Part shown: positions 31,565 to 42,565 of the stretch, one piece after another
Layout: the number at the start of each line of letters is the position of its first letter
Position numbering within the stretch: the first letter of the stretch is position 1
From: Thermoplasmata archaeon
Lineage (GTDB): Archaea > Thermoplasmatota > Thermoplasmata > Halarchaeoplasmatales > Halarchaeoplasmataceae
DNA length: 64,000 nucleotides
Assembly: GCA_003551675.1 (NCBI GenBank)
Contig: PUNG01000009.1
Span: forward strand, 937-64,936
Reading direction: 5' to 3'
Notes under the pieces: model-generated
What the model was told of the DNA's origin: nothing
Databases searched by the model: none
The model's input: the letters and a program-made list of their open reading frames with translations, nothing else
Program-made: the position numbers and the translations under genes

Positions 31565-33975
31565 ATCTCCACTTTTTCTACCTCTGAGACGCCGTCTACT
31601 TTTTCCACCAAATATTCCACATCAGCGGTGTTGGCGATCTCGTTCTCATGAGAAACTATGATGACTTGGTCCGCTGTGACTTTCTCCATCACATCTTTTA
31701 ATCGGGTGAGCTGTTCTCTGCTGAAGCCCGTGGTGGGTTCGTCTAACACCAAAAGATTACTTTGAAGCCCCAACTCTTTTTTGATCATGGTGTTGAAAGC
31801 CAGTCTGTAAGCCAAGGCCACCGAAGTCCTTTCCCCTCCGCTCAGATCACTGACAGGGGTTTCGTTGTTCTGAACAGTGACGATAGGAGCAAAGTTTTCG
31901 TCCAGCCTCGCATTCACTTCCGGCTCATTCAGTATCTCGTCGAACCACTCTTTGAAGTAGCTGGCAAAATCCTGTCTGATCTGTGCTAATCGATGTTCTT
32001 CTATGGCTTTGATGGTCTCTTTGAATTGGTTGTTCATCCATGAGTTCAGTCTCCTCAATTCCTTGGCTTCTTTCTTACTCTTTTTTTTATTTTTGATCTC
32101 CTTCTTTCTCTCCTCGATCTCGTCTCCGAGTCTGCTCACATCTTCTTTCAGATGTGTCTTCTTCTCTTTTAGCTGGCTTATCTTTGCGATGAGCTTCTCG
32201 TGCCTTTCTTTTATCTTTTCCAAGTCCTTTTTAGAGAATTTTTCTTCCAAGTTTTCCAGTTCTTTTTTGATCTCTCCGAGAGCGTCTTTCTTTTCTTCCA
32301 CCACCTTTTCTTTCTCACCCTTCTTTTTGAGATATTCGCCCTTTTTTTTCAATCGTTCTTTTATCCTGGTGAACTCATCTTTGAATTCTCGGAGTTCTCT
32401 TTCTCTCTTTTTCAGCTCACTGAGATCCTTTTCGTCTATGTCTTTTTCTTTTATATCTTCATTCAAACCCTGGATTTTTTTTTCGAGTTCCTGGATTCTT
32501 TCTTTTAATCCCTCTTTTACTTTCAATTCTTTTTTTAATCTTTTTATCTCTCTTTTCTTGTAGTTCAAGTCCTTTTTTTTCTCCTCCAGGTGATCTATCT
32601 TTTTCTTTAGCTCCTTCAGTTCCTGGTCCATTTCGGCCTTTTTCTCTTCCAGCTCTTCCTTTTTGCTCTCCATCTCCTTTATATCTTCTTCCAACTCCTG
32701 CAACAACTCTTCTAGATGTTCTTCGTCTAGTACCTGCTGGCATTTTGGACATCTTTTTTCCATCTCAAGATCTCTCAGTTCCTCGATTTCTTCTTTTGAC
32801 TCTTTTAGATCATTTTCAACGGATCTTTTATCGGCCTTTATATCGCTGATATCTTCCCTTATCTTCTTCCTTTTTTCCTTTATATCTTCTGATCCTTCGA
32901 CTTTTTTTTTCAACTCCTCCACCCTTTCTTCTGCTCTATCCTTCTCTTTCTTTTTCTCTTCCAACTCTTTTGATCTTTTAATTTTGTTCTTTAACCTTAT
33001 CTCTAGATTTTCCTTTTTACTTTTCAGTTTATTTTTTTCATCTAGTTTTTCTCTAGCCCTTTCCAACTCTTTTTCTGCCTTTACATATTCTTCTTTTTTT
33101 TCCCTCACCATACTCAATTTTTTCTCATCTTTTTCTATCCTCTCCAACTCTTTTTTTGTTTCCTCTAGGCTTTCTTCAGTGGTTCTGATACTATCCTCCA
33201 ATCTTTTCTTTTTGTTTTCAATTTTTCTCTTTTTCTTTTCTAGTTCTTCCAATCTTTCTCTTTTTTCTTGTGTATCCTTTCTTTCTTTTATGCGTTCTTT
33301 GAATTCCTGTGCGACTTCTTTTTTTTCTTCTTTTTTACTCTCGATCTCTTCTTTCTTCTGGTCTAGCCTTTCTTTTTTCTCTTCCATGTCTTCGGCTTTA
33401 GCTTCGAGTTTTCCTATCTCATTCTCTAAACGTCTCTTCACTATACTCACGTTATCGGCGGCCCTTTCGTACTCTTGTATGTTGAATATCTTCCTTATGG
33501 ACTCTAACCGAAGATCTTCGTTCATGGATAGGATACTCTTCATGCGCTCCTGGGGCGTATATATGCTCATATGGAAAGTTTCTACTTTACCTCTAGTGGA
33601 TTCCCTGAGACCCAAGAGGTCTATTATCTTCACTCTCATCTCTTCCCAGGACAGCTCCATCTTTTTTCCCTCGGTTTCCAGATAACATTCCTTGGCCCAG
33701 TCGCTGCTCCTCTTCCTTATGGAACGGTAGGCTAGGAAATCGTTATCCTCTACTTCGAATCTTAACTCGACACTGGCCTTATCCGCACCATGCCTCAGTA
33801 TCTTGTCGTAAAAGTTTTGCTCCGTGGCCCCGAAAAGAACGAATTCTAGGGCGTAAAGGATAGAAGATTTTCCCGAGCCTATATCCCCCTGGAAAAGTAA
33901 AACTCCTTCGTCGAAATCGATATTTTCTTCTTTATAACTCCTTATGTTGTTGATCTTCATCCTGTCGAGTTTCAT
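31561..33975 (-). CDS. rad50: DNA double-strand break repair ATPase Rad50
   Basis: It has Walker A (GDIGSGKSS), a long K/E-rich coiled coil, a CPKC zinc hook, and the signature LSGGERTSVALAYRLAF plus D-loop (LVLDEPT). It overlaps mre11 by 4 nt. Confidence 0.85.
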   Translation of the reverse strand: MKLDRMKINNIRSYKEENIDFDEGVLLFQGDIGSGKSSILYALEFVLFGATEQNFYDKILRHGADKASVELRFEVEDNDFLAYRSIRKRSSDWAKECYLETEGKKMELSWEEMRVKIIDLLGLRESTRGKVETFHMSIYTPQERMKSILSMNEDLRLESIRKIFNIQEYERAADNVSIVKRRLENEIGKLEAKAEDMEEKKERLDQKKEEIESKKEEKKEVAQEFKERIKERKDTQEKRERLEELEKKKRKIENKKKRLEDSIRTTEESLEETKKELERIEKDEKKLSMVREKKEEYVKAEKELERAREKLDEKNKLKSKKENLEIRLKNKIKRSKELEEKKKEKDRAEERVEELKKKVEGSEDIKEKRKKIREDISDIKADKRSVENDLKESKEEIEELRDLEMEKRCPKCQQVLDEEHLEELLQELEEDIKEMESKKEELEEKKAEMDQELKELKKKIDHLEEKKKDLNYKKREIKRLKKELKVKEGLKERIQELEKKIQGLNEDIKEKDIDEKDLSELKKRERELREFKDEFTRIKERLKKKGEYLKKKGEKEKVVEEKKDALGEIKKELENLEEKFSKKDLEKIKERHEKLIAKISQLKEKKTHLKEDVSRLGDEIEERKKEIKNKKKSKKEAKELRRLNSWMNNQFKETIKAIEEHRLAQIRQDFASYFKEWFDEILNEPEVNARLDENFAPIVTVQNNETPVSDLSGGERTSVALAYRLAFNTMIKKELGLQSNLLVLDEPTTGFSREQLTRLKDVMEKVTADQVIIVSHENEIANTADVEYLVEKVDGVSEVEKVEI

Positions 33976-35276
33976 CTTTCTCCTCCGAAATCCACCAAAC
34001 TTATCTGGCCGCCCTTCTTCTCAGCACGCTTTTCTTCGTCACTGGGCTCTTCTTTCTTTTCACGTCGTTTTTCCTCCTTTTCGTGATCATCTCTTTTACG
34101 TATGAGCTCCCATGCTTCTTCCCATATACGCTCCTCGTAATCGTAGTCCGTTTCGTCTTCGTTCTTTTCTATCTTCAGTATGTTGAGCAGGTGGTGACCG
34201 AATTCATGCCCCCAATATTCGTGATCTATATGCTCTTCTAAAAGCCTCCGCTCCATCTTTTCTTCTTCCTCGTCTCTTTCTTTCAACTTCACTCTTTCAA
34301 GTTCTCTACCCTCTAGTTCTCTCCTGTTCAGGAAGACGGTCTGGAAACCCTTTTCTTTTTTCAGCTTTCTTTTCTTCTCGTTGAAATCTATATCCGCGGG
34401 AGTACCTTGAGAAAGGGTACCTTTGACTTTCAGTAGCAGGATATCGCCGTCCATCTTCTTATTATAAAGCTCTTCTAACTTCTCTTCCAGTTCTTCAACA
34501 TTCGATCCTTCTGCATCTATCCTGTGTAGAACTATCCTGGGATCTTCAAAGCTGATATATTCAGGTTCCCAGTCGTCAACGATAAAAAAGCCTCTTTCGT
34601 CTCTTTCAAGGTCTGTGTAAGAAGAGCCGAATGTCGGCCCAGGGTAGTATATCCTGTTCTCATGGTCTTCTATCTTGGCGTGGATGTGACCGCCGGCATA
34701 GTAGTCAAAACCTTCGGGTAGAGAAGAGAGAGGTACGCTCTTTTCTTCGTGTATATCGGCGGGTTTCAACTCCGCTATGGGGGTATGGAAAACAAATATG
34801 CTTCTGCTCTTTTCTTCTCCAGGAGAGAAGTCGATATGTTCAAAGTAACTCACGTCCGCCCTGTTTTTCCTACCACTCAACCCTGCGATGGAGATACCGG
34901 AAGGATCTTCCTGAAGAGCTAATCTATTCTCCTCTTCCAGATAGTTGACCACCTTTTTGAAGACTTCCGCACTCTCCAGCACATCTATGAGTGAAGCCCT
35001 GGCGATGTTGAAGTCGTGGGAGCCGTAAACGGAGTAGATCCTGATGTTTTCTTTTCTAGCTTTCATGAGTATCTGTACGGCTCTATCGACCACCTCTAGA
35101 TCAGGATGCGGGTTGTGAAAAAGGTCTCCCGCGATGACTATGAAATCAACATCTCTTTCGATGCTGATGTCTATGGACTTCTCAAAGGCTTCGAGGTTGT
35201 ACTCTTTGAGTTCTGGATGCCGGCTGAACGCACCCAGATGACAGTCCGCGATATGTGCGAATTTTACCATCGTCAC
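33972..35276 (-). CDS. mre11: DNA double-strand break repair nuclease Mre11 with K/E/R-rich C-terminal tail
   Basis: It has phosphoesterase motifs (HIADCHLG, GDLFH, GHIH), followed by a ~100-aa low-complexity charged tail. Confidence 0.85.
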   Translation of the reverse strand: MTMVKFAHIADCHLGAFSRHPELKEYNLEAFEKSIDISIERDVDFIVIAGDLFHNPHPDLEVVDRAVQILMKARKENIRIYSVYGSHDFNIARASLIDVLESAEVFKKVVNYLEEENRLALQEDPSGISIAGLSGRKNRADVSYFEHIDFSPGEEKSRSIFVFHTPIAELKPADIHEEKSVPLSSLPEGFDYYAGGHIHAKIEDHENRIYYPGPTFGSSYTDLERDERGFFIVDDWEPEYISFEDPRIVLHRIDAEGSNVEELEEKLEELYNKKMDGDILLLKVKGTLSQGTPADIDFNEKKRKLKKEKGFQTVFLNRRELEGRELERVKLKERDEEEEKMERRLLEEHIDHEYWGHEFGHHLLNILKIEKNEDETDYDYEERIWEEAWELIRKRDDHEKEEKRREKKEEPSDEEKRAEKKGGQISLVDFGGER

Positions 35277-35348
35277 CCCATAGTGGACGGTGATTTAAAT
35301 CTTTACTAGAGAGGTAACTGAAAGTTGCTCAAGGCTATTGGTTCGTTT

Positions 35349-35516
35349 TTACTCTACCTCATCACTATGGAAGTATTTTTTACAAAGATCACAGAAGAAT
35401 CTTTTCTCTCCTTCTTGGATCCTCCTAAGATGGCCCCCGCATTTAGGACAATGTTTTTTGACGCAGCCATCTGTATAACATTCTCGCAGACCCGGGTGGA
35501 TATCCCTTTCCATCAT
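35349..35516 (-). CDS. small Zn-ribbon protein (55 aa; not in ORF track)
   Basis: Translation gives MMERDIHPGLRECYTDGCVKKHCPKCGGHLRRIQEGEKRFFCDLCKKYFHSDEVE. It lies about 70 nt upstream of mre11 on the same strand. Confidence 0.45.
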   Translation of the reverse strand: MMERDIHPGLRECYTDGCVKKHCPKCGGHLRRIQEGEKRFFCDLCKKYFHSDEVE

Positions 35517-35644
35517 AACGCAACCTGATAGTCATAATATACTTCTACTCGATAAAAAATCTTTTCACTCAACAGAACCCGTATCCTCATACCGTGATCG
35601 TTACCAATAGATATGGTGAACCGCAGTGAAGTCTTTAATGAAGA

Positions 35645-36160
35645 TCAAAATATAGAATCCATGAGCTCTTCTATATCTTTCATATTTTTTTCTATCTTCT
35701 CTATGCGTTCTTTTTTATTTTCTTTTATCTCTTCCTTTATCTCATCTATGGATCTGTCCAGCCTATAGATGTGTACCGGTCTGCCTTTTCCTTCTTTTTT
35801 GAGGTCCCTTTTTGTCACCCATCCACGCTCTTTCAATTCCTGCATGGCGATGGAGACCTCCGGTTGTCTTAATCTCGTGGCGTCTTCGATCTCTCTACTC
35901 CTGGTTTCGTCTCTGCCTGCGAGGAAAACAAAAGTTATTGCGACGTTTTTGTTGAATCCAGCTCTTACCAACTTGTCTATCAACTCTTCTTCCTCCTCAC
36001 TCAGATCGTTGTCATATACGATCTTATCCTCTAATCCTTTCTTCTTGACCTTTTCGATCAACTTTTTTTCCTCTTTAGTCAGGTCTTCTTCCACCATTTT
36101 TACACCTATCGAGGTTGCTACATAAGGTATAGTATAAATCTTTTTTGAATATTTAATCAC
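35645..36160 (-). CDS. winged-helix transcriptional regulator (TrmB/MarR-like)
   Basis: It has a wHTH segment (RDETRSREIEDATRLRQPEVSIAMQELKERGWV...GRPVHIYRL). It sits upstream of the Zn-ribbon–mre11–rad50 genes on the same strand. Confidence 0.5.
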   Translation of the reverse strand: MIKYSKKIYTIPYVATSIGVKMVEEDLTKEEKKLIEKVKKKGLEDKIVYDNDLSEEEEELIDKLVRAGFNKNVAITFVFLAGRDETRSREIEDATRLRQPEVSIAMQELKERGWVTKRDLKKEGKGRPVHIYRLDRSIDEIKEEIKENKKERIEKIEKNMKDIEELMDSIF

Positions 36161-36218
36161 ATATATGCCATGAGAAAAAGGGATAATACTAAATCTTAAA
36201 AGATAGGATTACTCATGG

Positions 36219-37148
36219 ATGTTAACGCTCTCGATACTGATAGTCGTTCTTCTTATAATAATAGCGGGCCTCGTCTACGCCTGGAAGAGTGAGATGTATC
36301 TAGTTCAGGTTCTGATGATCCAAAATTTACTCATATTCATGATAGTAAATCCCTATTTCAGCGGACCATTTTTTGGACCTGCGGTAGATATCCTTGCCGG
36401 AAGAGCTATCTATCTCTATGACCTAGGGCTTCTATTTACTAGGGCCCACACTTTTGTAACCATGATGTTCACCCATGCGGATATAATGCACATCTTCGGG
36501 AACCTGATAGTCCTTTTCTTCATAGGCATGGCCTTGGAAAGTAGAGTGGGTAAAAGATGGACTTTCGTTTTTTACTTTTTTACGGGATTCATAGCTACTA
36601 TCGGGCAGTACTCGTTGAACTGGCTTCAAGTTTTGAGCGGAGTCTCAGGATGGAACATCCTACAGATACCGAACATCGGCGCCTCCGGAGCCGTATTTGG
36701 GATAATGGGTGCACTGGTTTTTCTCTACCCTAAGGATAGGATCACCATGCTTTTGGGTCCTATATTGGTACCGAGGGTCAGGGTGGATCTTGCTGTAGGC
36801 GTTTTCATACTCATGCAGACCGGTATCATCTTCATCTCCGGTGTTACCAACATAGCTCATGCGGCTCACTTTACAGGTTTCGCCGCAGGTATAGTTTTAG
36901 GAGCCTATGCAAAAAGAGAGGGTGTTATGGAATTAAAAGAAGGACCCCTACACGATTATACGAAGTTGAAAAAACTCGTGAAGACCCAGGAACACAAAAA
37001 GATATATGAAACCATCATGGGATCTGACGAGAAAGACGTCAAGGAGGCTTGGTCCGAACACCTTATAGAAAAATCCAAATGCCCGAAGTGCGGTCAAGAC
37101 CTTACCACGGGTGAATGTGAATGCGGTTTCGATGTATGGGAAGATTGA
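36219..37148 (+). CDS. rhomboid-family intramembrane serine protease with C-terminal Zn-ribbon
   Basis: It has the GASGAVFG (GxSG) motif and the catalytic His in AHFTGF. The C-terminus is CPKCG...CECG. Confidence 0.75.
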   Translation: MLTLSILIVVLLIIIAGLVYAWKSEMYLVQVLMIQNLLIFMIVNPYFSGPFFGPAVDILAGRAIYLYDLGLLFTRAHTFVTMMFTHADIMHIFGNLIVLFFIGMALESRVGKRWTFVFYFFTGFIATIGQYSLNWLQVLSGVSGWNILQIPNIGASGAVFGIMGALVFLYPKDRITMLLGPILVPRVRVDLAVGVFILMQTGIIFISGVTNIAHAAHFTGFAAGIVLGAYAKREGVMELKEGPLHDYTKLKKLVKTQEHKKIYETIMGSDEKDVKEAWSEHLIEKSKCPKCGQDLTTGECECGFDVWED

Positions 37149-37198
37149 TATAATGGAAGACCTAAAGAACACCATAAGAAGCGTGAAGGTGAAGGACC

Positions 37199-37804
37199 AT
37201 GAAAGTACCAAATTCATACTATCTCAGGTGTTCCGTTTGTGAGGAAGACACTCTCCATAAGATATTGAAAGGAGAAGTCGGCACCAAGGGAAAGGAAGTG
37301 ACGATAGACGGCGTGGTTAGATGTAACGAGTGCGGCACAACGGAGCATAGGACCATCCGTGAGAAGAAAGCCGTAGATGTACCGATCATCGTGAGTTGGA
37401 AGGACGACTCCGAGAAAGAAAGCATATCGCTCTATCCCGATGAGTGGATACACATAGGGGACGAGTTGATAATAGATGATTCCACCGTGAAAGTCACATC
37501 TATAACGCAAAGGAAAAAGGACGGTACCGCCAGGACTAGTTCCTCTAAAGTCGAGGACATAGATACCATCTGGGCCAAAAAGTACGACAAGGTCCGTGTG
37601 AAGGTAACGGTAAACAAGGGTAGAAGCAGTTCTTCAGAGGTGTTAGAAGTGGTACCCGAAGAAGAATTTCATTTGAACAGTATGTTGGAGTTCGACAAAG
37701 ACGAAGCCGTGATCCACAAGATAATGACCCATGACGGCATGATAAAAAAGGGAAGTGTAAAAGCGGAAGACATCAAAAGGATCTATGCGAAAAAGATACG
37801 CTGA
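37199..37804 (+). CDS. Zn-ribbon-containing hypothetical protein
   Basis: It has CSVCEE...CNECG at the N-terminus. I recognise no enzymatic motif. Confidence 0.45.
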   Translation: MKVPNSYYLRCSVCEEDTLHKILKGEVGTKGKEVTIDGVVRCNECGTTEHRTIREKKAVDVPIIVSWKDDSEKESISLYPDEWIHIGDELIIDDSTVKVTSITQRKKDGTARTSSSKVEDIDTIWAKKYDKVRVKVTVNKGRSSSSEVLEVVPEEEFHLNSMLEFDKDEAVIHKIMTHDGMIKKGSVKAEDIKRIYAKKIR

Positions 37805-37821
37805 GGCCTAGAGTAAAAGGT

Positions 37822-38925
37822 TCACATCAATCCCATCTGTCCCAATTTCTCAGGTAGGTAAGTATCGGTAACATAGTCCAATCCATACTTCGCTAAGGCC
37901 TGCTGCTCCGCCTTTTTGTTTATATCTAACATGGTCTCGATCTCTTCTTTCCAGAAGTCGGTATCGAACCTCGGATCATCTAGTTCCTGCTCCAAAGCTT
38001 TCCTGTCGTTTTTTGAGAGTTTATCTGTTGGCAGATCATAGGTCATTATATCGCTGGCAGTTATACCGATATACTCCGCGGTGGGGGTCGCAAGGTAATC
38101 GGAAAGGTACGCAGTATTTATAGCACCGTAGGCCACCGAGGCGAAGATCCTGAAACTCCATGGATCGGCATCGGTGAAAACAACTACCGGTATACCTTCC
38201 TCCTCGCTCAACCTTTTTATGACCCGTCTGGTCGCTCTCGCGGGTTGCCCTTTTAGATGCACCAATAAAGCGTTGGCTTCTTCATCGAAGCCGTTCTCTA
38301 CCAGCCTATCGAACATACCCCCAGTCTCTATGGCTATCATAAAATCGACGTCGACGTCTTTAAAATTCACCTTGTCGGATTCTACGTTGTATGGGACGGT
38401 ATAACCCGAGTCTCCTACGTCGTCTCTGCAGTTGATTTTCCTGATCTCTCCCTTCCTGTTGACTTCCTCTACGGTTATATTTCCTATCAACCTAGCTCCA
38501 TCTTCTTCCGGTCGAAGTTTGAAGTCTTCTCTCAAACACCCAGTGGCCAATTCCATGTCCTCGGCTAGACTGTCGGACTCGTTCTGCTTGCTGAATTCTG
38601 CTTTATCCCATCCTTCAGAGATATAATACATCTCTCTCAGCGTTGAAGATTTATCCCCCTCGATCATATCCTGTATCAGCTCCAGCATGTAGAGTGTTCG
38701 GAGCAGCATCCTGGCACTCTTCAATTTCTTTGCGGACCTTTTGGTTTTTGAATCGCCGAGTTTCCATACACCTTCTCTACGATCTAATTCTATGTTAGAT
38801 TTGGACCGCGTAGGGATAGCCATATTCGGGATATCACCGTTTTCAAGCTGTTGGTAGAATCGCTCCGCGATATCTCTTAACTCGTCCAGCGCTTCTTGGT
38901 GTCTCTCTTCTTTTTTTCCTTTCAT
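37822..38925 (-). CDS. top6A: DNA topoisomerase VI subunit A (Spo11-like)
   Basis: It has the catalytic Tyr in REMYY and the Toprim motifs IAIETGGMF and DADPWS. Confidence 0.85.
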   Translation of the reverse strand: MKGKKEERHQEALDELRDIAERFYQQLENGDIPNMAIPTRSKSNIELDRREGVWKLGDSKTKRSAKKLKSARMLLRTLYMLELIQDMIEGDKSSTLREMYYISEGWDKAEFSKQNESDSLAEDMELATGCLREDFKLRPEEDGARLIGNITVEEVNRKGEIRKINCRDDVGDSGYTVPYNVESDKVNFKDVDVDFMIAIETGGMFDRLVENGFDEEANALLVHLKGQPARATRRVIKRLSEEEGIPVVVFTDADPWSFRIFASVAYGAINTAYLSDYLATPTAEYIGITASDIMTYDLPTDKLSKNDRKALEQELDDPRFDTDFWKEEIETMLDINKKAEQQALAKYGLDYVTDTYLPEKLGQMGLM

Positions 38926-38929
38926 ATCA

Positions 38930-40834
38930 TCACTCCTCCTTTATCTCCGCCATCTCTATACCCCAATCGTCTGGTAAGGTTTCGGCTCCGATGAGTTTTG
39001 TCTCCGTGACTCCTTCGATGTATACATCTGTACCATCTAAGTCATCTTCTTCTAAACCTCCATCGAATTCTAGACTGATCCTTCTTCTCTCAGATGGTTT
39101 CAAAGTTTCAAGCGTCCATTCTAAGTGATCTCCTTGATGGTCTGGATCGACGTTGGACGACAAAAGTTCTGTTTCAGGATAAGGTTTTTCGAAAAACAGG
39201 TTCATCTTTTTATTTTTGGGAGTATAATTTGTTATGTCTATATCGATCTTGCACCTGCCGTTATCCCACTCGCATCTCCTGTCTACATAGACCACTCCCA
39301 TTATTTTGGTCATAGATTTACTCAATTCTGGTATTTCTTTTCCCACTATTTCAGCGGATTTTTTTGCTATCATAGGTAGTATGTCGTTGACCACCGTGAA
39401 CTTCTTTTTGACCTTTTTGCGTCTTTTCTCTTTGTTCAGGTGTGTCCTCAAGTTCCTAGCACATTCTCTCAGTCCTTTCTCGACCTCATCGATAACTTCC
39501 GGTATGTCCGCGATAGAGTCTTTTGCTTCGGATGTGAATGGAACCCTTGTAGACGCTACGTGGACCAAGATGACCGCAGGCCCGGAGGGCATCCCTCTAC
39601 CTCCTCTTTGATCCAGGCCGTATATCCTCCAATCTATGTTTTTTATGGCGGTGGAAACGGCACATCCACTCTTTTTGTAAAGCAGCGGGACCCTGTTAGC
39701 GAACCGTAAAACTTTCACAGGTCCTTCCTTGGGTAGGTCACCGCCGTAAACGAGTCCCACTTCCACCTGGAACGGATTACCCGAATAGACCTCAGGATCT
39801 CTTGTCGAAGGAGGGGCGTAGTATTCTGGATGTTGTCCCTTGAGGACGTTCTTGAGTCCCTTCTTTATCAACATACCTTTTATGGGGGAGAGACAGTCGG
39901 TCTTTGGTGCCATGAGTTTGACTTTTTTAGCTGCTTTCAAAATTTTCTTACAATCTTCGACCTCAAGATTTTTTGGTTTAGTTTTCTCGTCCATCTCCGC
40001 CTCTTCACATATATCCCCCGCTTTACTGTAACTTATCCTGCTGAACTCGTGTTTTAAAAATGATTTCAAAGTCCTTCTATCTGTGTCTTTCGCCATCTTC
40101 GCCAAGGTACCCAGTTCTATCCCCTTCAGATGTGGTTGTACCGCTTTAGTTTTCTCTGGGAGTTGATCTGTCGCCCGTTTAAAAATTATTTTTTCTCCAT
40201 CCCTATCGAACTCTATCCTTGCGTGGGGATTGACTATAGCCGTATTTTTCAGATACTCGAAGACGGAATGTTTCCCCCGTCTCATCAACCCCTTTATGGT
40301 GGTCTCGAATTTCATACCGTGCTCTTTACCTTCCCATAGGACCACATCGTCATCGAGGACTTCCGGTTCGTTCTTCTTGGTATCCATGGTTATCTTCATC
40401 TTATGGGCGTAATCTTTTTCTTTGACTTTAGACCAAACCAGGGTGGCTTTACCCGTGGTCAGTTGGCCGTACATCACCACTGCCGATACCCCTATACCTT
40501 GTTGCCCTCTACTTTGACTGATCTCGTGGAACCTTGAGCCGTAAAGGAGTTTACCGAAGACTTCTGGTACTTTTCTCTTCACTATGCCGGGCCCGTTGTC
40601 TTCCACCGTTATCTTATACTCTCTGTCGTTTATCTCTTGGATCCCTACTTTGATCTCTGGAAGGATCTCCGCCTCTTCACAGGCGTCGAGCGAGTTGTCT
40701 ACACCTTCTTTTACAGCCGTGACCAACGCCTTGGTCAACGAGTCAAAGCCTAAGATGTGTTTGTTCCTCTCAAAAAATTCTCCGACAGAGATCTCCTGTT
40801 GTTTTTCCGCAAGTTCCTCGGCTATTGAGGCCAT
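38930..40834 (-). CDS. top6B: DNA topoisomerase VI subunit B (GHKL ATPase)
   Basis: It has the Bergerat-fold motifs EGVDNSLDA and GQQGIG, and a transducer domain. Confidence 0.85.
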   Translation of the reverse strand: MASIAEELAEKQQEISVGEFFERNKHILGFDSLTKALVTAVKEGVDNSLDACEEAEILPEIKVGIQEINDREYKITVEDNGPGIVKRKVPEVFGKLLYGSRFHEISQSRGQQGIGVSAVVMYGQLTTGKATLVWSKVKEKDYAHKMKITMDTKKNEPEVLDDDVVLWEGKEHGMKFETTIKGLMRRGKHSVFEYLKNTAIVNPHARIEFDRDGEKIIFKRATDQLPEKTKAVQPHLKGIELGTLAKMAKDTDRRTLKSFLKHEFSRISYSKAGDICEEAEMDEKTKPKNLEVEDCKKILKAAKKVKLMAPKTDCLSPIKGMLIKKGLKNVLKGQHPEYYAPPSTRDPEVYSGNPFQVEVGLVYGGDLPKEGPVKVLRFANRVPLLYKKSGCAVSTAIKNIDWRIYGLDQRGGRGMPSGPAVILVHVASTRVPFTSEAKDSIADIPEVIDEVEKGLRECARNLRTHLNKEKRRKKVKKKFTVVNDILPMIAKKSAEIVGKEIPELSKSMTKIMGVVYVDRRCEWDNGRCKIDIDITNYTPKNKKMNLFFEKPYPETELLSSNVDPDHQGDHLEWTLETLKPSERRRISLEFDGGLEEDDLDGTDVYIEGVTETKLIGAETLPDDWGIEMAEIKEE

Positions 40835-40927
40835 AAGTTCTCGTCAACTCCTTAAAACTTTGGTATTGTTAAACTTTCTGGAAAGCGAGACAGAAAATAG
40901 AAAAAAAAGAGGTGAAGTATTTTACAC

Positions 40928-41842
40928 TCACCTGCTAGATTCTCTATCCTGCAGCCTTTCTTCTTCGGATAGATCATCGATATTTTTTCCGGGCATTGCC
41001 TTGCCCAGTCCTTCAGATACCTCAGCTATCTTTTCAGGATCGTCAAAATTATGGACGGCTTCCACTATGGCTTCACCCATGACCTGTGGACTTTCGGACT
41101 TGAATATACCGCTGCCAACGAATACCCCATCTGTACCTAGCATCATCATCAGGGCCGCATCGGCAGGCGTCGCTATACCTCCCGCGGCGAAATTTACCAC
41201 GGGCAAGCGCTGCCTCTCCGCGACCTCTTCTACGAGTTTTAGGGTCACGCCGTGCTTTTTAGCTACGTCGATCAATTCATGTTTCTCTTTTTCCTTCAGT
41301 TCTCTTATCTCGCCCATGACCGCTCTTTGATGTCTGACGGCCTCGACGATGTTACCCGTTCCGGCTTCTCCCTTCGTCCTCATCATGGCGGCACCTTCTT
41401 CTATCCTGCGCAAGGCTTCTCCAAGGTTTCTACATCCACATACGAAGGGGATATCATGATCAGTCTTGTCAACGTGATAGAAAGGGTCAGCTGGGGTCAA
41501 AACTTCTGATTCATCCACCATGTCTACACCTAATGACTCCAAAACACGGGACTCTGCGATGTGCCCTATCCTGCACTTTGCCATCACAGGTATGTCAACA
41601 GCATCTATTATCTCTTTTATCTTCGCAGGATCGGCCATCCTAGCTACACCTCCTACCTCTCTTATATCGGCTGGGACCATTTCAAGGGCCATCACGGAAA
41701 CGGCTCCAGCATCCTCTGCTATAGCAGCCTCTTCTGCGTCGGTCACGTCCATTATAACTCCGCCTTTCTGCATCTGGGCAAAACCTCTCTTGATCAATTC
41801 GGAACCATAGCGCAAATCATCTATTTTCAAATCCAAAGGCAT
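40928..41842 (-). CDS. pdxS: pyridoxal 5'-phosphate synthase lyase subunit PdxS
   Basis: It has the KGGVIMDV and GEAGTGN motifs. Confidence 0.85.
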   Translation of the reverse strand: MPLDLKIDDLRYGSELIKRGFAQMQKGGVIMDVTDAEEAAIAEDAGAVSVMALEMVPADIREVGGVARMADPAKIKEIIDAVDIPVMAKCRIGHIAESRVLESLGVDMVDESEVLTPADPFYHVDKTDHDIPFVCGCRNLGEALRRIEEGAAMMRTKGEAGTGNIVEAVRHQRAVMGEIRELKEKEKHELIDVAKKHGVTLKLVEEVAERQRLPVVNFAAGGIATPADAALMMMLGTDGVFVGSGIFKSESPQVMGEAIVEAVHNFDDPEKIAEVSEGLGKAMPGKNIDDLSEEERLQDRESSR

Positions 41843-41907
41843 CTTGATACACCGGAGGACGATAGATGATAGGACTATTTTAAGGTTACCCCCCTCGCCT
41901 TGTTCCC

Positions 41908-42552
41908 TTATTTTTTATATTTTTTTATGATATTCTGAACAAAATAGGTGTGGATCCTCAGATCCGATGTAAGCTCAGGATGGAAAACCAACGCCAAAAG
42001 ATTGTCCTGCTCAGCTGCGATGATAACCTCTTCTAATCGTCCGAGAGGGGTGCATTTTCCCCAGCAGTTCACGATCATAGGTGCTCTTATGAACACCCCG
42101 GGGAAGCGTTTTGCAATATTCGTATCCACATAGCTCTCAAAAGACCTCCTCTGCCTTCCGAACGCATTCCTTTCCACCTCGATGTCCATCAGCTCTAACA
42201 ACTGCGTGTCTGATCCATCGACTGCCGTACCCCCTTCTTTTGCCAGTAATATAGCCCCCGCACAGGTCCCCATTATGTGCATACCCTCCTCCGCTCTAGA
42301 GATTATCTTTTCTCTGATCTTTTTCTGACCCAATATCCGAGAGATAGTGCTGCTTTCCCCTCCGGGGATCACGAGTCCGTCCAGTCCTTCGATCTCCTCT
42401 TCATATCTAACTCTCTTTACATCTCCCTTCATCCCCAACTCTTTCAAACTCTTTCTCAAGGACCTTTCGTGTTCTAGTACGGCTCCTTGTATCCCCAATA
42501 CGCCTAGTCTTATGTTTCTAGGTCGACGGTGATCTGAAAAAGTTGTGCTCAT
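41908..42552 (-). CDS. pdxT: pyridoxal 5'-phosphate synthase glutaminase subunit PdxT
   Basis: It has [12 protein letters not shown] and the catalytic Cys in GTCAG. Confidence 0.8.
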   Translation of the reverse strand: MSTTFSDHRRPRNIRLGVLGIQGAVLEHERSLRKSLKELGMKGDVKRVRYEEEIEGLDGLVIPGGESSTISRILGQKKIREKIISRAEEGMHIMGTCAGAILLAKEGGTAVDGSDTQLLELMDIEVERNAFGRQRRSFESYVDTNIAKRFPGVFIRAPMIVNCWGKCTPLGRLEEVIIAAEQDNLLALVFHPELTSDLRIHTYFVQNIIKKYKK

Positions 42553-42565
42553 GGAAATGGACCTC

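Noticed and set aside
32003-33685. Long Ser/Phe/Leu-rich ORFs (186 aa, 340 aa, 102 aa) on the plus strand
   Set aside because: They are mirror images of the lysine/glutamate-rich coiled coil of rad50 on the minus strand (AAG/GAA repeats read antisense as TTC/CTT). They have low-complexity, non-protein-like composition and are spurious.
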